A DNA stretch of 54,755 bases, counting the filler, from Tortispora ganteri (taxonomy: Eukaryota), in the NCBI GenBank assembly GCA_003707115.1. It is 3 parts of 3 records of this genome, joined end to end, with 100 filler letters (N's around TTAATTAATTAA, not from the genome) between each part and the next. Parts side by side here need not be neighbours in the genome. Positions count along the whole stretch, not along the records: positions 42,070 to 54,755 come from PPNB01000049.1; 2 more parts are not named here. One strand, given 5' to 3'. A program made the translations under genes and the position numbers. Within the stretch, counting starts at the first letter, position 1; each line of letters begins with the position of its first letter. This document shows positions 43,521-52,859 of the stretch, in pieces. A model generated the notes under the pieces. It was given only the letters and a program-made list of their open reading frames with translations. It ran no database searches and was not told the origin of the DNA.

Positions 43521-44529
43521 GGAACCGCGAGTATCGTTTCAGTTATATTAACAGATGAACAGACCTATTGAACAACCTGCCCATCGTTTCGGTTTAGTGA
43601 TTGCTGTGCATGTCTGCCGATTGCAGAACAATTAGCCGATGTTTACCGACAAGCAAGACTTTTTTCCGTTATACGCACTCTACTCTTGCTATAATTGGTT
43701 ATACGACTGCTATTTTTATGAGACTCAGGAACTGAGTCTGCTTATCGTAGTTAGTTACGCAATATCGATATGCGTACCCGGTGCTATAAGGTGTACCGTA
43801 CGCTCTGTCCATGTGCGGCGCGGACTCTACGGGTCATTTGTGTAATTATGACTCAAGAGTGGACCAATGACAGAGAACGAGCTAGAAAAGTTATCTATCG
43901 CTCAAGCGGGAATAATCTTCTTGCGCTACTAGCTCCTAAGTTCGATAGCAATCATTGCTGTATCAGGTATTATTAGAGTTTGATATACTTTTTATCTACG
44001 CGGAGCTGAAATTTTCTGTGCAGCTGCATATAGGTGATACATCGCGAGTTAGCGGTTTTAATGGAGACTGATAACTTCAGAGACAATGACTCTACAAAGG
44101 GAGGTTGTTATTGTGCCCAGAATTAATGAAGAAATGGACTGACTAGGGGCATAGTGATATTGCGCTGTATGTCAGTGATTACGGGGCAAAAGTCACACAT
44201 GACTACTTCGTAACCAAATTTACCTAATTGGCTTTAATGGCAAGCCAATTGCTCGAATGAGTTTGTTTTTTGGCAAGTCTCCAGGCGCCGGCGGTTATAA
44301 ATTGTTCGAATAGCAAAGCAAACGGAACAATCGCGTGATTAGAGTTTCCATTTACAGTTTTGGAGAATATGATATTTCCTATTCAGGACAAAATGCCGTC
44401 AGTTCTATTTAAGAACACAGGCGATTGATTTTTTGCTATGCATCTATTTCATAGGTCCTGCAGTTGCCGCAATTATATAAATATGGCGGCCTTGGTATGC
44501 TTGAAGGATATTTCCTCAGATTCACCGCT

Positions 44530-45756
44530 ATGAAGTTCACCTCGACTACTGCCATTCTTGTTGCTTTCTACAGCCAATTGGCTGTGTCTAGCCCTACTTT
44601 ATTCGATGCCCTCCTCCAAGAAGCAAAGAATGATATACCGCCTAATTTCGTCCATCAAGAGCAGGAGGTTATTAGCCCCTGGAGATTGCCCGGCGACGGT
44701 GGCACTCAAGCTGACTCCGTTTTTTCTGGTATTACTACATTTGGACGTTTGCCATACAAGCAATGTTTCGATGCTGATGCTGGAACTTCTTACGATATTG
44801 CGTTCGTAGGTGCTCCTTTTGACACTGGAACCTCTTACCGACCTGGTGCTCGTTTTGGACCCTCTGGTATTCGTCAAGGTTCTCGTCGTCTGAATCTTTA
44901 TGGAGGCTACAATGTCCCTTTAGATGTTAATGTTTTCAACTCCTGGGCTAAAGTCGTGGACTGTGGAGACATCCCCGTTACTTCATACGACAACACTTTT
45001 GCCATTCATCAAATTGAGAACGGACACAAGGAACTGTTACACAGAAAACCTGCTCACCTTTCTGACAAGAAGGGTTATTCTAAATCTGGTAATGTCTTGC
45101 CCCGTATCATCACGCTCGGAGGCGATCATACAATTACCTTGCCCCTTCTGAGGTCAATTAACTCTGCGTACGGCCCGATCTCCGTCATCCACTTTGATTC
45201 TCATTTGGATACCTGGAAGCCTAAGGTGTTTGGAGGCGATAAGTCAAGCGTCGCCTCTATCAACCACGGCACCTATTTCTACCATGCTGCACAAGAAGGT
45301 CTTCTCGCTAATGACACCAACATTCACGCTGGTATCCGTACCACATTATCTGGCATGTCTGATTATGAAAACGATGGATACTGTGGATTCGAGATTGTTG
45401 AAGCTCGTGAAATTGACAACATTGGCACTGAAGGTATTATAAAGAAGATCCATGAGCGCGTTGGAAAAAACCCTGTATACCTCTCCTTGGATATCGATGT
45501 CCTTGACCCCGCATTCGCTCCTGCCACAGGTACTCCGGAGACCGGAGGCTGGACCACTCGTGAACTTAGAGAGATTCTCCGAGGATTAGAAGGTCTCAAG
45601 ATTGTAGGTGCTGATATTGTCGAGGTTGCTCCTGCTTACGACACCAATGCTGAACAAACTGCATTGGCTGCCGCTGATGCTCTTTTTGAGATTATGGGAA
45701 TCATGGTACGCAACCCTGTCGTTGTTGAAGATATTGATTTCCGCACTATTGAATAA
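44530..45756 (+). CDS. Ureohydrolase (agmatinase/guanidinobutyrase-like) with N-terminal signal peptide
   Basis: GAPFDTGTSYRPGARFGP, GGDH, DSHLD, DIDVLDPAFAPATGTPETGG (binuclear Mn site). ATG 44530 lies downstream of TATATAAATA 44474-44483. Confidence 0.92.
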   Translation: MKFTSTTAILVAFYSQLAVSSPTLFDALLQEAKNDIPPNFVHQEQEVISPWRLPGDGGTQADSVFSGITTFGRLPYKQCFDADAGTSYDIAFVGAPFDTGTSYRPGARFGPSGIRQGSRRLNLYGGYNVPLDVNVFNSWAKVVDCGDIPVTSYDNTFAIHQIENGHKELLHRKPAHLSDKKGYSKSGNVLPRIITLGGDHTITLPLLRSINSAYGPISVIHFDSHLDTWKPKVFGGDKSSVASINHGTYFYHAAQEGLLANDTNIHAGIRTTLSGMSDYENDGYCGFEIVEAREIDNIGTEGIIKKIHERVGKNPVYLSLDIDVLDPAFAPATGTPETGGWTTRELREILRGLEGLKIVGADIVEVAPAYDTNAEQTALAAADALFEIMGIMVRNPVVVEDIDFRTIE

Positions 45757-45883
45757 ACGAATACATTTAGTTCATGCTATTTTTATTTCATTGTAGAAAA
45801 AAATATATGTGAATACACATTACTTTGTATCAAATACATAATTCATTTAAACAGGAAATAAGTTTCTATTACTATACAAAACT

Positions 45884-47281
45884 TCAGAGACGATTCAGTG
45901 CCTTATCTATTTGAACTGTCCATTTGGTTTTGTAGACTATTATCCATTCCAGAATCCCGACTACAAACAAGGCTAGACATTGGCCAAACCACAGACCAAC
46001 TAAGCCCCAGCCATGGAAGGCCATGTATATTCCTAGAGGCAGTGCAAAACAATAATAAGCCACTATGTTGACAAGTGCACCAATATGCTGCAAACCCATT
46101 CCTCTTAGTGCACCTCCGCAAGAACCGTTGAGACCATCAGCAATCTGGAAAAGTGCCACATAGGGCATAATTTCCGATACGAGAACGACAGTGTCGTGAT
46201 CGTCTGTAAATATATAGCCAAAGATATCACGTGTTGCTAACAAGATAGTCATCACAATGAGACCTAATAGCACACTAAGTGCGGCACCTGTATGAGCCGA
46301 CAGGCTAGCACCGCGCGCTGAACTGGCACCTAGCTCATTGCCTACACGGCTGGAAGTAGCAACTCCGAGACCGAACGGAATAGTGTTCATAACCTGGTCG
46401 CTAGTCATAATGACGCTTTGAGCAGCGAGCGGGATTGTTCCTAGCTTTCCAGCAGCCAAAGCCACTATTTCAAATGCCCACCATTCAGTGCCTACGTGGA
46501 AAACGCCCATTATCGCTAGACGTGTGAACGTAGATAGGTTTCGCAGAGCCATTCGGGACCATCCACCCCAACACCGTTTTCCTGAAACAAAGCAGATATA
46601 GAGAAGCATAAAGACAACGCATAGCCAGTAAGAGATGCTCGTAGCAAGAGGGGCACCGAGCAGTCCAAAATGCCAAACGTGAACGGCAATGTAATTCAAA
46701 AACCCGTTTATAACTGTAGCAACCGCGAGAACATAAGATCCAGCGGTCATTATGCCTTGAGCTTGCAAGTATTTCTTTAGACTTTCAAAATAAATATAGC
46801 CGAAGCCACCAGGGATCAAAACCCTTAGGAATCTAGCGGTATCAGCAGCCAGTTCCGTATGCTGGCCCAGAGCCAATAGTACGGGCTCAGCATTCCACCA
46901 GAGTAGAGTTACAGGAATATACAGAGCAGTCAAAACAAGTAAACCACGCTGTAAGATTACGCCTAATTCCGTAGGATCAGAGCTTCCGGTGAAAGAAACA
47001 CTAGCGAGCGAGTCGATCGCGGTTGTACCGCCGAGGCCGATCAGCCAAGCAGTAGCCATGGCGAACATATAGCTGAAACTCGCAACTGCGAGTTCATGGG
47101 GACCCAGTCTACCAACAATCAGAACAGAGATGGTCTGTAGTGAGTTCTGCAGACAATATGCGAGGATTACAGGAAGAGAAGACTTGAGCAAGAATATGAC
47201 TTCCCTTATCACAGCAGCCCGCGAAATTGGTTTTGCATCTAATTCGCTGTCTGGCAATAGCCTTGTCGATTCAGTAGCCAT
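45884..47281 (-). CDS. MATE-family efflux transporter (Erc1-like)
   Basis: VGRLGPHELAVAS, KKYLQAQG, EWWAFEIVAL.AG.LG, RVGNELGA, GGALRGMG.Q..GA.VN...YY. Confidence 0.92.
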   Translation of the reverse strand: MATESTRLLPDSELDAKPISRAAVIREVIFLLKSSLPVILAYCLQNSLQTISVLIVGRLGPHELAVASFSYMFAMATAWLIGLGGTTAIDSLASVSFTGSSDPTELGVILQRGLLVLTALYIPVTLLWWNAEPVLLALGQHTELAADTARFLRVLIPGGFGYIYFESLKKYLQAQGIMTAGSYVLAVATVINGFLNYIAVHVWHFGLLGAPLATSISYWLCVVFMLLYICFVSGKRCWGGWSRMALRNLSTFTRLAIMGVFHVGTEWWAFEIVALAAGKLGTIPLAAQSVIMTSDQVMNTIPFGLGVATSSRVGNELGASSARGASLSAHTGAALSVLLGLIVMTILLATRDIFGYIFTDDHDTVVLVSEIMPYVALFQIADGLNGSCGGALRGMGLQHIGALVNIVAYYCFALPLGIYMAFHGWGLVGLWFGQCLALFVVGILEWIIVYKTKWTVQIDKALNRL

Positions 47282-47386
47282 AATGAATATTCAAGCTTAT
47301 ATTAGAGCCCTAAAGCCTTTAGTGAGGTATGAACAAGTGAAAAAGAGTGAAAACTGCATGATTACCAATGTCAGTGGAAATAAATA

Positions 47387-47869
47387 CAGATAAGTAGTTT
47401 TCTCTAAAGCGCGTTTTAAAGTTGACTATTCTGCTATACTACGGCTAATTGTCCGAATTGGGAAATATACTTGATACACTGATATCGATAACCGTCACAT
47501 TTAAATTTATGTCAATTATAAAACGCAGATAAGATAAATACGAGTCAAATAACATAAATGAATGCAGCAGATAAGATTTTGATACCATTCTCTACCTATT
47601 TCATTTATTATTATATTACAGACAGATCGATTGAACGCGATTTACTTATTTGAAAGATCAATCAATCATAATAACGATCGAACCGCTTTTTAGCGCAAAA
47701 TAGACGCAAATTACAGATAAATCAATATATTCGAAACAATACTGTTTATTCAGCTCTGAAGCCCCGTCTATTTGTATGAAAACAATGGTAAGAAAGAATG
47801 CATCAACACTAGCCTGACTCCACAACAACCGACCGTTACACCGATTAGTCCGAACCCGTTACCGGATAA
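47387..47869 (+). promoter_or_regulatory. Cluster of six same-strand GATAA elements in the MATE/BVMO divergent promoter
   Basis: CAGATAAG at 47387, 47526 and 47568; GATAA at 47487, 47533 and 47865; CAGATAA at 47714 (seven GATAA cores if the overlapping 47533 copy is counted separately). Confidence 0.55.
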
Positions 47870-48165
47870 AGGAATATGAGGTTTGTTAGACGATATTAGT
47901 CGTTCCCGCTGCGCAAGGTACGCTTGAGATTACTGGTATTCAGCTGTATACCTCGGCTTTCTATATGCTACCGAGAGTACAACTAGGACTTACCGAAATT
48001 GGGGGGGGGGCGACTGACAACTAAATCAAACTTTATTTCCCCACTTCGCGCTACGCCAAGTATCGCTACAAACTAGTATGGAACATATATATATATCTAT
48101 GTATGCGATGTTCTGTTCTATGTAGCGCAACTGAATCTCTCTTGTCAGTGTGCAATATTAAACGA

Positions 48166-49914
48166 ATGCCCACTTTATCAGAGAGCCAAATCAACGGTAC
48201 AGGGCCCAAGCCTGTGGTCCCACAGCTGAACGAATACTACAAAGAACTCCTCAGTAGCGGGAAGCCCCTCTTCAAGATCCCCGATCGATATCAGAAAGAA
48301 GCGCGTCCTTACAGGGTTATTTGTATTGGAGCTGGTGCATCTGGAATACTGCTAGCGTATCAGTTCCAGTACCATATGCCGGACGTGGAGTATTGCGCAT
48401 ATGAGAAGAATCCTGACATCACTGGTACTTGGTATGAAAACACGTACCCCGGTTGCGCCTGCGATATTCCAACACATGCATACCAGTTTTCATTTGCTCC
48501 TGAGCCAAACATGAAAAAATACTACTCAGACGGCCCTGAACTGTCGTTGTACATGAAGTCAGTCGCGAAGAAGTTTGGGCTGATGAAATACTTCAAAGTC
48601 AACCATGCGGTCGAGCGCTGCGAGTGGAACGCCGAGGAAGGGAAATGGCACGTTACCATTAACAACGATGGAAACATTATTACAGACACCTGCGATGTTC
48701 TGATTAATGGTTCTGGAGTACTAAACAAATGGAAGTGGCCTGATATTCCGGGCCTAAATGATTACGAGGGTGCATTGATGCACAGCGCACACTGGGACTC
48801 AAGTTTCGACTATACTGACAAGACTGTTGCTGTTATTGGAGGCGGGTCTTCTGGTGTGCAGATAGTTCCTGCTATTGAGAAAGACGTTAAGCACATGTAT
48901 GTGTTTCTGAGGTCGCCAGTGTTCATTGCTGGAGTGTTCGGAGCCAAACACGCTGGACCTAACGGATCAAACTTCGAGTACACTGAGGACCAGAAAAAAT
49001 TCTTTCGAGACCACCCTGAAGAGCACAAGGCTTACACCAAGGCTATCCATCAAGAGCTCTATAGGAGGTTCAGGTGGTTGATGATTGACAGCAAGGAGCA
49101 GCAGGAAGCATTCGATACCGCCAGAAAAGATATGTGGGAGAAACTGAAAAGCAAACCAGAACTTGCCGAAAAACTTATTCCGGATTTCTCTTTTGGATGC
49201 CGAAGACTCACTCCTGGAAACGGATACCTTGAAGCCCTTGTCAAAGAGCATGTTGAGCCAACATTTGATCATATTGACAGATTCACCTCCAAAGGGATCC
49301 GTACTGTCTCAGGAAAGGAGTACGAAGTGGACGCTATCATGTGTGCCACAGGGTTTGACACCTCTTTCAGACCCAGGTTTGATATCATTGGCAACAATGG
49401 TGTGAATCTCAGAGATAAATGGGACGGCAAGACGTCCGACGGATACCTTGGAGTAGCAGTGGACGAGTTTCCTAACTACTTCACTGTGCTTGGACCCAAC
49501 AGTCCTGTAGGACACGGCTCTCTAATTCCAATCATGGAACAGGTGTCTAAGTATATTCTGAGAGCTGTGCACAAGATGCGCACTTCTACAATCAAAAGCA
49601 TGGTCCCTAAGCATGAAGCTGTGGAAGACTTCAAAGAGTTTGCTGAGTCTTACATGACTCGAACTGCATGGGCAGGAACATGTTCTAGCTGGTTTAAAGG
49701 TGGTAAGAAAGATGGACCGGTGCGTGCGATGTGGCCAGGAAGCGGTAACAGTTTCATGGAAGCAATCGACGAAGTCAGATGGGAGGACTATGATTATACT
49801 TACGAGTTTAAGAATCGTTTTGCATACATTGGCAGTGGCTTTACTAAGCGAGAATTGGAAGGCGGCGACCTTTCATGGTTTATTAACGAACCGCACAGGC
49901 TTACTTTGAATTAA
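48166..49914 (+). CDS. Flavin-dependent monooxygenase, Baeyer-Villiger (class B) type
   Basis: GAGASG, GTWYENTYPGCACDIP, fingerprint YEGALMHSAHWD, GGGSSG, ATGF, CSSWFK. Likely ATG 48166 (an upstream in-frame ATG lies at 48103). Confidence 0.9.
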   Translation: MPTLSESQINGTGPKPVVPQLNEYYKELLSSGKPLFKIPDRYQKEARPYRVICIGAGASGILLAYQFQYHMPDVEYCAYEKNPDITGTWYENTYPGCACDIPTHAYQFSFAPEPNMKKYYSDGPELSLYMKSVAKKFGLMKYFKVNHAVERCEWNAEEGKWHVTINNDGNIITDTCDVLINGSGVLNKWKWPDIPGLNDYEGALMHSAHWDSSFDYTDKTVAVIGGGSSGVQIVPAIEKDVKHMYVFLRSPVFIAGVFGAKHAGPNGSNFEYTEDQKKFFRDHPEEHKAYTKAIHQELYRRFRWLMIDSKEQQEAFDTARKDMWEKLKSKPELAEKLIPDFSFGCRRLTPGNGYLEALVKEHVEPTFDHIDRFTSKGIRTVSGKEYEVDAIMCATGFDTSFRPRFDIIGNNGVNLRDKWDGKTSDGYLGVAVDEFPNYFTVLGPNSPVGHGSLIPIMEQVSKYILRAVHKMRTSTIKSMVPKHEAVEDFKEFAESYMTRTAWAGTCSSWFKGGKKDGPVRAMWPGSGNSFMEAIDEVRWEDYDYTYEFKNRFAYIGSGFTKRELEGGDLSWFINEPHRLTLN

Positions 49915-50077
49915 TCGTCCCAATTTTCAGTGTATATGGTATTACTTCACTATATCCGTAGCGCGTATATCATGCAACCTTAACTTTGCAACAACATCAG
50001 CCTTGCAGGCATACGCAGATCATGCTGCTTCTATATTAAAGCCAAGGAGAGATTAACGTATAAATTTCTATTTATTA

Positions 50078-50815
50078 ATGGAACATTTTAATATTCCTGA
50101 AGCACACGTATACATCCTCACAGTCTCCGAAAAGACAGAGCATTTAGCGAAGAACTCACTAAGTATTGAACAGCTCAAAGAGTTCGAGCGGTATGTGTCT
50201 CTGCCGACACGGTACATGGTTATTGGATCGTATTTCTTGAAGAAATTCATGCTGGAAACTGTAGGAGCGCGGTACGAACAGATCACATATAATGAATGGA
50301 ACCGTCCATGCATCGATAATATCGATTTCAATGTATCGCATGACTCAGGGATAGTTGTAGGTATAGTGTCTACTGTTACCCAATGTTCTATCGGTATTGA
50401 CACCATGAAGATCGAGCGTTTACACTTCTGGTTGGACGATTGGCTCGAAGAGTATGAGATTGTCCTCACGGACGAGGAACAGCGCCAAATACGCGCTGCC
50501 GGTAACGCGAGTGCACAATACAAAGCATTTTTCACTATATGGACTTTAAAGGAAGCATATTCGAAGGCTTTGGGCCGGGGAATGTCTATAAACTTCAAGA
50601 ACGTGCGCTGTTCGCTCAATCCTCTTGAAATTTCTATCACAGATGAGAACCTTCCTCTTCCGCAAACTGTTAACATTCTACATCATAAAGACCATGTGAT
50701 CTCAATTGTGAGTTTCACTAAAGTTGCACCAGTTATACACGTCCCAATGACTATAGACGATCTAATAACTACAACTACATTGAACAGGACAAATCACATG
50801 AGCAAGCAAACATAG
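50078..50815 (+). CDS. Sfp/Lys5-type 4'-phosphopantetheinyl transferase
   Basis: FNVSHDSG, IGIDTM, FFTIWTLKEAYSKALGRG. Confidence 0.9.
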   Translation: MEHFNIPEAHVYILTVSEKTEHLAKNSLSIEQLKEFERYVSLPTRYMVIGSYFLKKFMLETVGARYEQITYNEWNRPCIDNIDFNVSHDSGIVVGIVSTVTQCSIGIDTMKIERLHFWLDDWLEEYEIVLTDEEQRQIRAAGNASAQYKAFFTIWTLKEAYSKALGRGMSINFKNVRCSLNPLEISITDENLPLPQTVNILHHKDHVISIVSFTKVAPVIHVPMTIDDLITTTTLNRTNHMSKQT

Positions 50816-50991
50816 CATATCTTACTTCCGAGCGGCAAAAAGTGACGGTCGCAGGGAAAAGCAACTCTTAAGCATGAAAAGTACAATAATCGTTACCCGA
50901 GCCAAGAGATTACCGCACGAACTCTATTTAAAAAGAATCAAAAGAAAGTGTTTCGAACACGGCGTCAAATCTCAGTCTGTTTATGAGCAAT

Positions 50992-52764
50992 TTACCTAGC
51001 AAAGTTGAAGCCTCTGCGTCCTTTTTTCTCTTCAGCTGGGGAAGCCGTTAACCTACCTGACTCAAGACGAGCTTTCCTTTCTTCCAATTCTTTTCGTTGA
51101 ACGTTGAGTTCATCACGCATAGCCTGATGCCTTTTGAAAAGCTCTTGCTCAGACATGCGCAGCTTCTCTTCTTTCTCACGCACTTTAGTTTGGAAAACAA
51201 CCCGCATATCTTGTTCCATTTTAGCCAATTTAGCTTTGTGCTGATTGCGCTCTTCTTCCAATCTTTGAGCAGGATTAATCTCACGGAACACAGTTTCATC
51301 TTGCTTGTGTCCTAATGCCGTTAATTTTTCTGTGCGGTAAGATTCATAAAGCTCTCTATTAGTTTTCTCACGCAGCGATTCCATATGCTGGCCTATCAAC
51401 AAGTCACGCAAACTAAGAAAATCACAATGCGAAGGATTCTCAATTTCAACCACACCCCAAGGGTATGATCGACCGAGTACCTTGGTGCCGTCTGGTCGAG
51501 CAACTTCTGTGGTGGAACCGATAATAGCAAGAGGGTATACGCTTAATAATCGTTTCAATGACTGAGCAGCATTTTCGTCGTTAGAGTAGAGTGCAGGTTC
51601 AAATATCTTGATTCCGTGATATTCAATATCAGCACGAATCCTTTCCTTAAACACCTGAAGCTCTTCCGGAGAGAACAAGTCAGATTTAGCAATTACCGGG
51701 ATAAGATTAACGCGGTGATGAATTTGGCGCATAGTTTCAATTTCTATAGCTTTCAATGAATGTCCAGTGGGTTCAATGAAGAACAGGCATGCATGAATAT
51801 TGGTATCCAATATGCGTCCGCGATTGGCTTTAGCATCTGCATCCAAACGACTGTCGAACTGGTGCTCAATGAAATTTAAAATAGGGCGCCACGATTCGCG
51901 ATTGTTAAGAGATTCACCGTAGTTGACAGCATCAACGACAGTTAGGCTAAGCTTGACGCCGTTTTCTTCAATATCAGCTGAAGTAGAGCGCATCTCGATA
52001 GCGGGGTTGGGATCAAACGCCATATCGCGATCGTCTTCCAATGAACACACTTCTTGTCTGAAAAGGGTATTAATCAGTGTAGACTTTCCTACACCCGGTG
52101 TACCGACAACCATTACGTTAAGGGTGAAACCCTCACGAGCAGTTCTACGGTGCCATTGGTTTGGCAAATTAGCAAAACCGACGTATCCGGTAATTTGTCG
52201 TTTGATAACATGAGAGGGGAAAGAAGATGCGGCAGGAGATGTAGCTTGAGAAGGAGAGGCAGGCTCTGTATCGCCTACAGTAACAGCAGATTCCTCAGGG
52301 TCAGACCCGGGAGACACTACAGCGGGGGCTTCGCTTCTTATAACAGATTCTTCCACAACTATTGCAGATTCTACTGTCATCTCAGGAGAAGCTGGTGCTA
52401 AAAAGAGATGTTAGCATAACTGGGTTTAAGGTAATAACCAAAACATGCGACAAAAGTGCGAGAAAGTTGAACATGAGAGGGTTTCAAAATGCCAGGGGTA
52501 ATGCCCGTGTCGTGTTTAGTAAGAGCAGGTGACTCTGATGCGCTTCGAAGACCACAAAAATGTAAATTAATAAATAGAGCAGTCAATTAAAAATTTACAG
52601 CCACATACGCAATCAAATGTATTAAAGGGAAGTATACTTGCGTGTGAATTACTTCGTGAAGTGGACAGTAACCCCCTTTAACTGCAGAGTCCTGAGCGCA
52701 TTTGAGGATCAATGGGTCTTACGTAAAGCACATTATATAGCACAAATGTATACTTACTAGACAT
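50992..52764 (-). CDS. CDC3: Septin Cdc3; probably 2 exons
   Basis: TGYVGFANLPNQWHRR, AKSD, GRSYPWG, HCDF, C-terminal coiled coil. Proposed exon 1 52764-52758 (ATGTCTA), intron 52757-52398 (GTAAGT...TGCTAAC...TAG), giving MSTPASPEMTVES; an in-frame ATG also lies at 52380. Confidence 0.88.
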
Positions 52765-52859
52765 ATTGAAACAAATAAATCCAAATACAGAAAGAAAAAA
52801 TCACTCGAAGTGTACACTGATACACTATTTCACGCTTTAAGTGGAAAGAAAAGGTGAAA

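Noticed and set aside
50068..50676. 202-aa antisense ORF over the PPTase
   Set aside because: No recognisable motifs; the plus strand carries clear PPTase signatures.
52530..52535. TGACTC (Bas1/Gcn4-type site) upstream of the ADE5,7 relic
   Set aside because: A single hexamer inside the CDC3 intron; expected by chance and insufficient alone.
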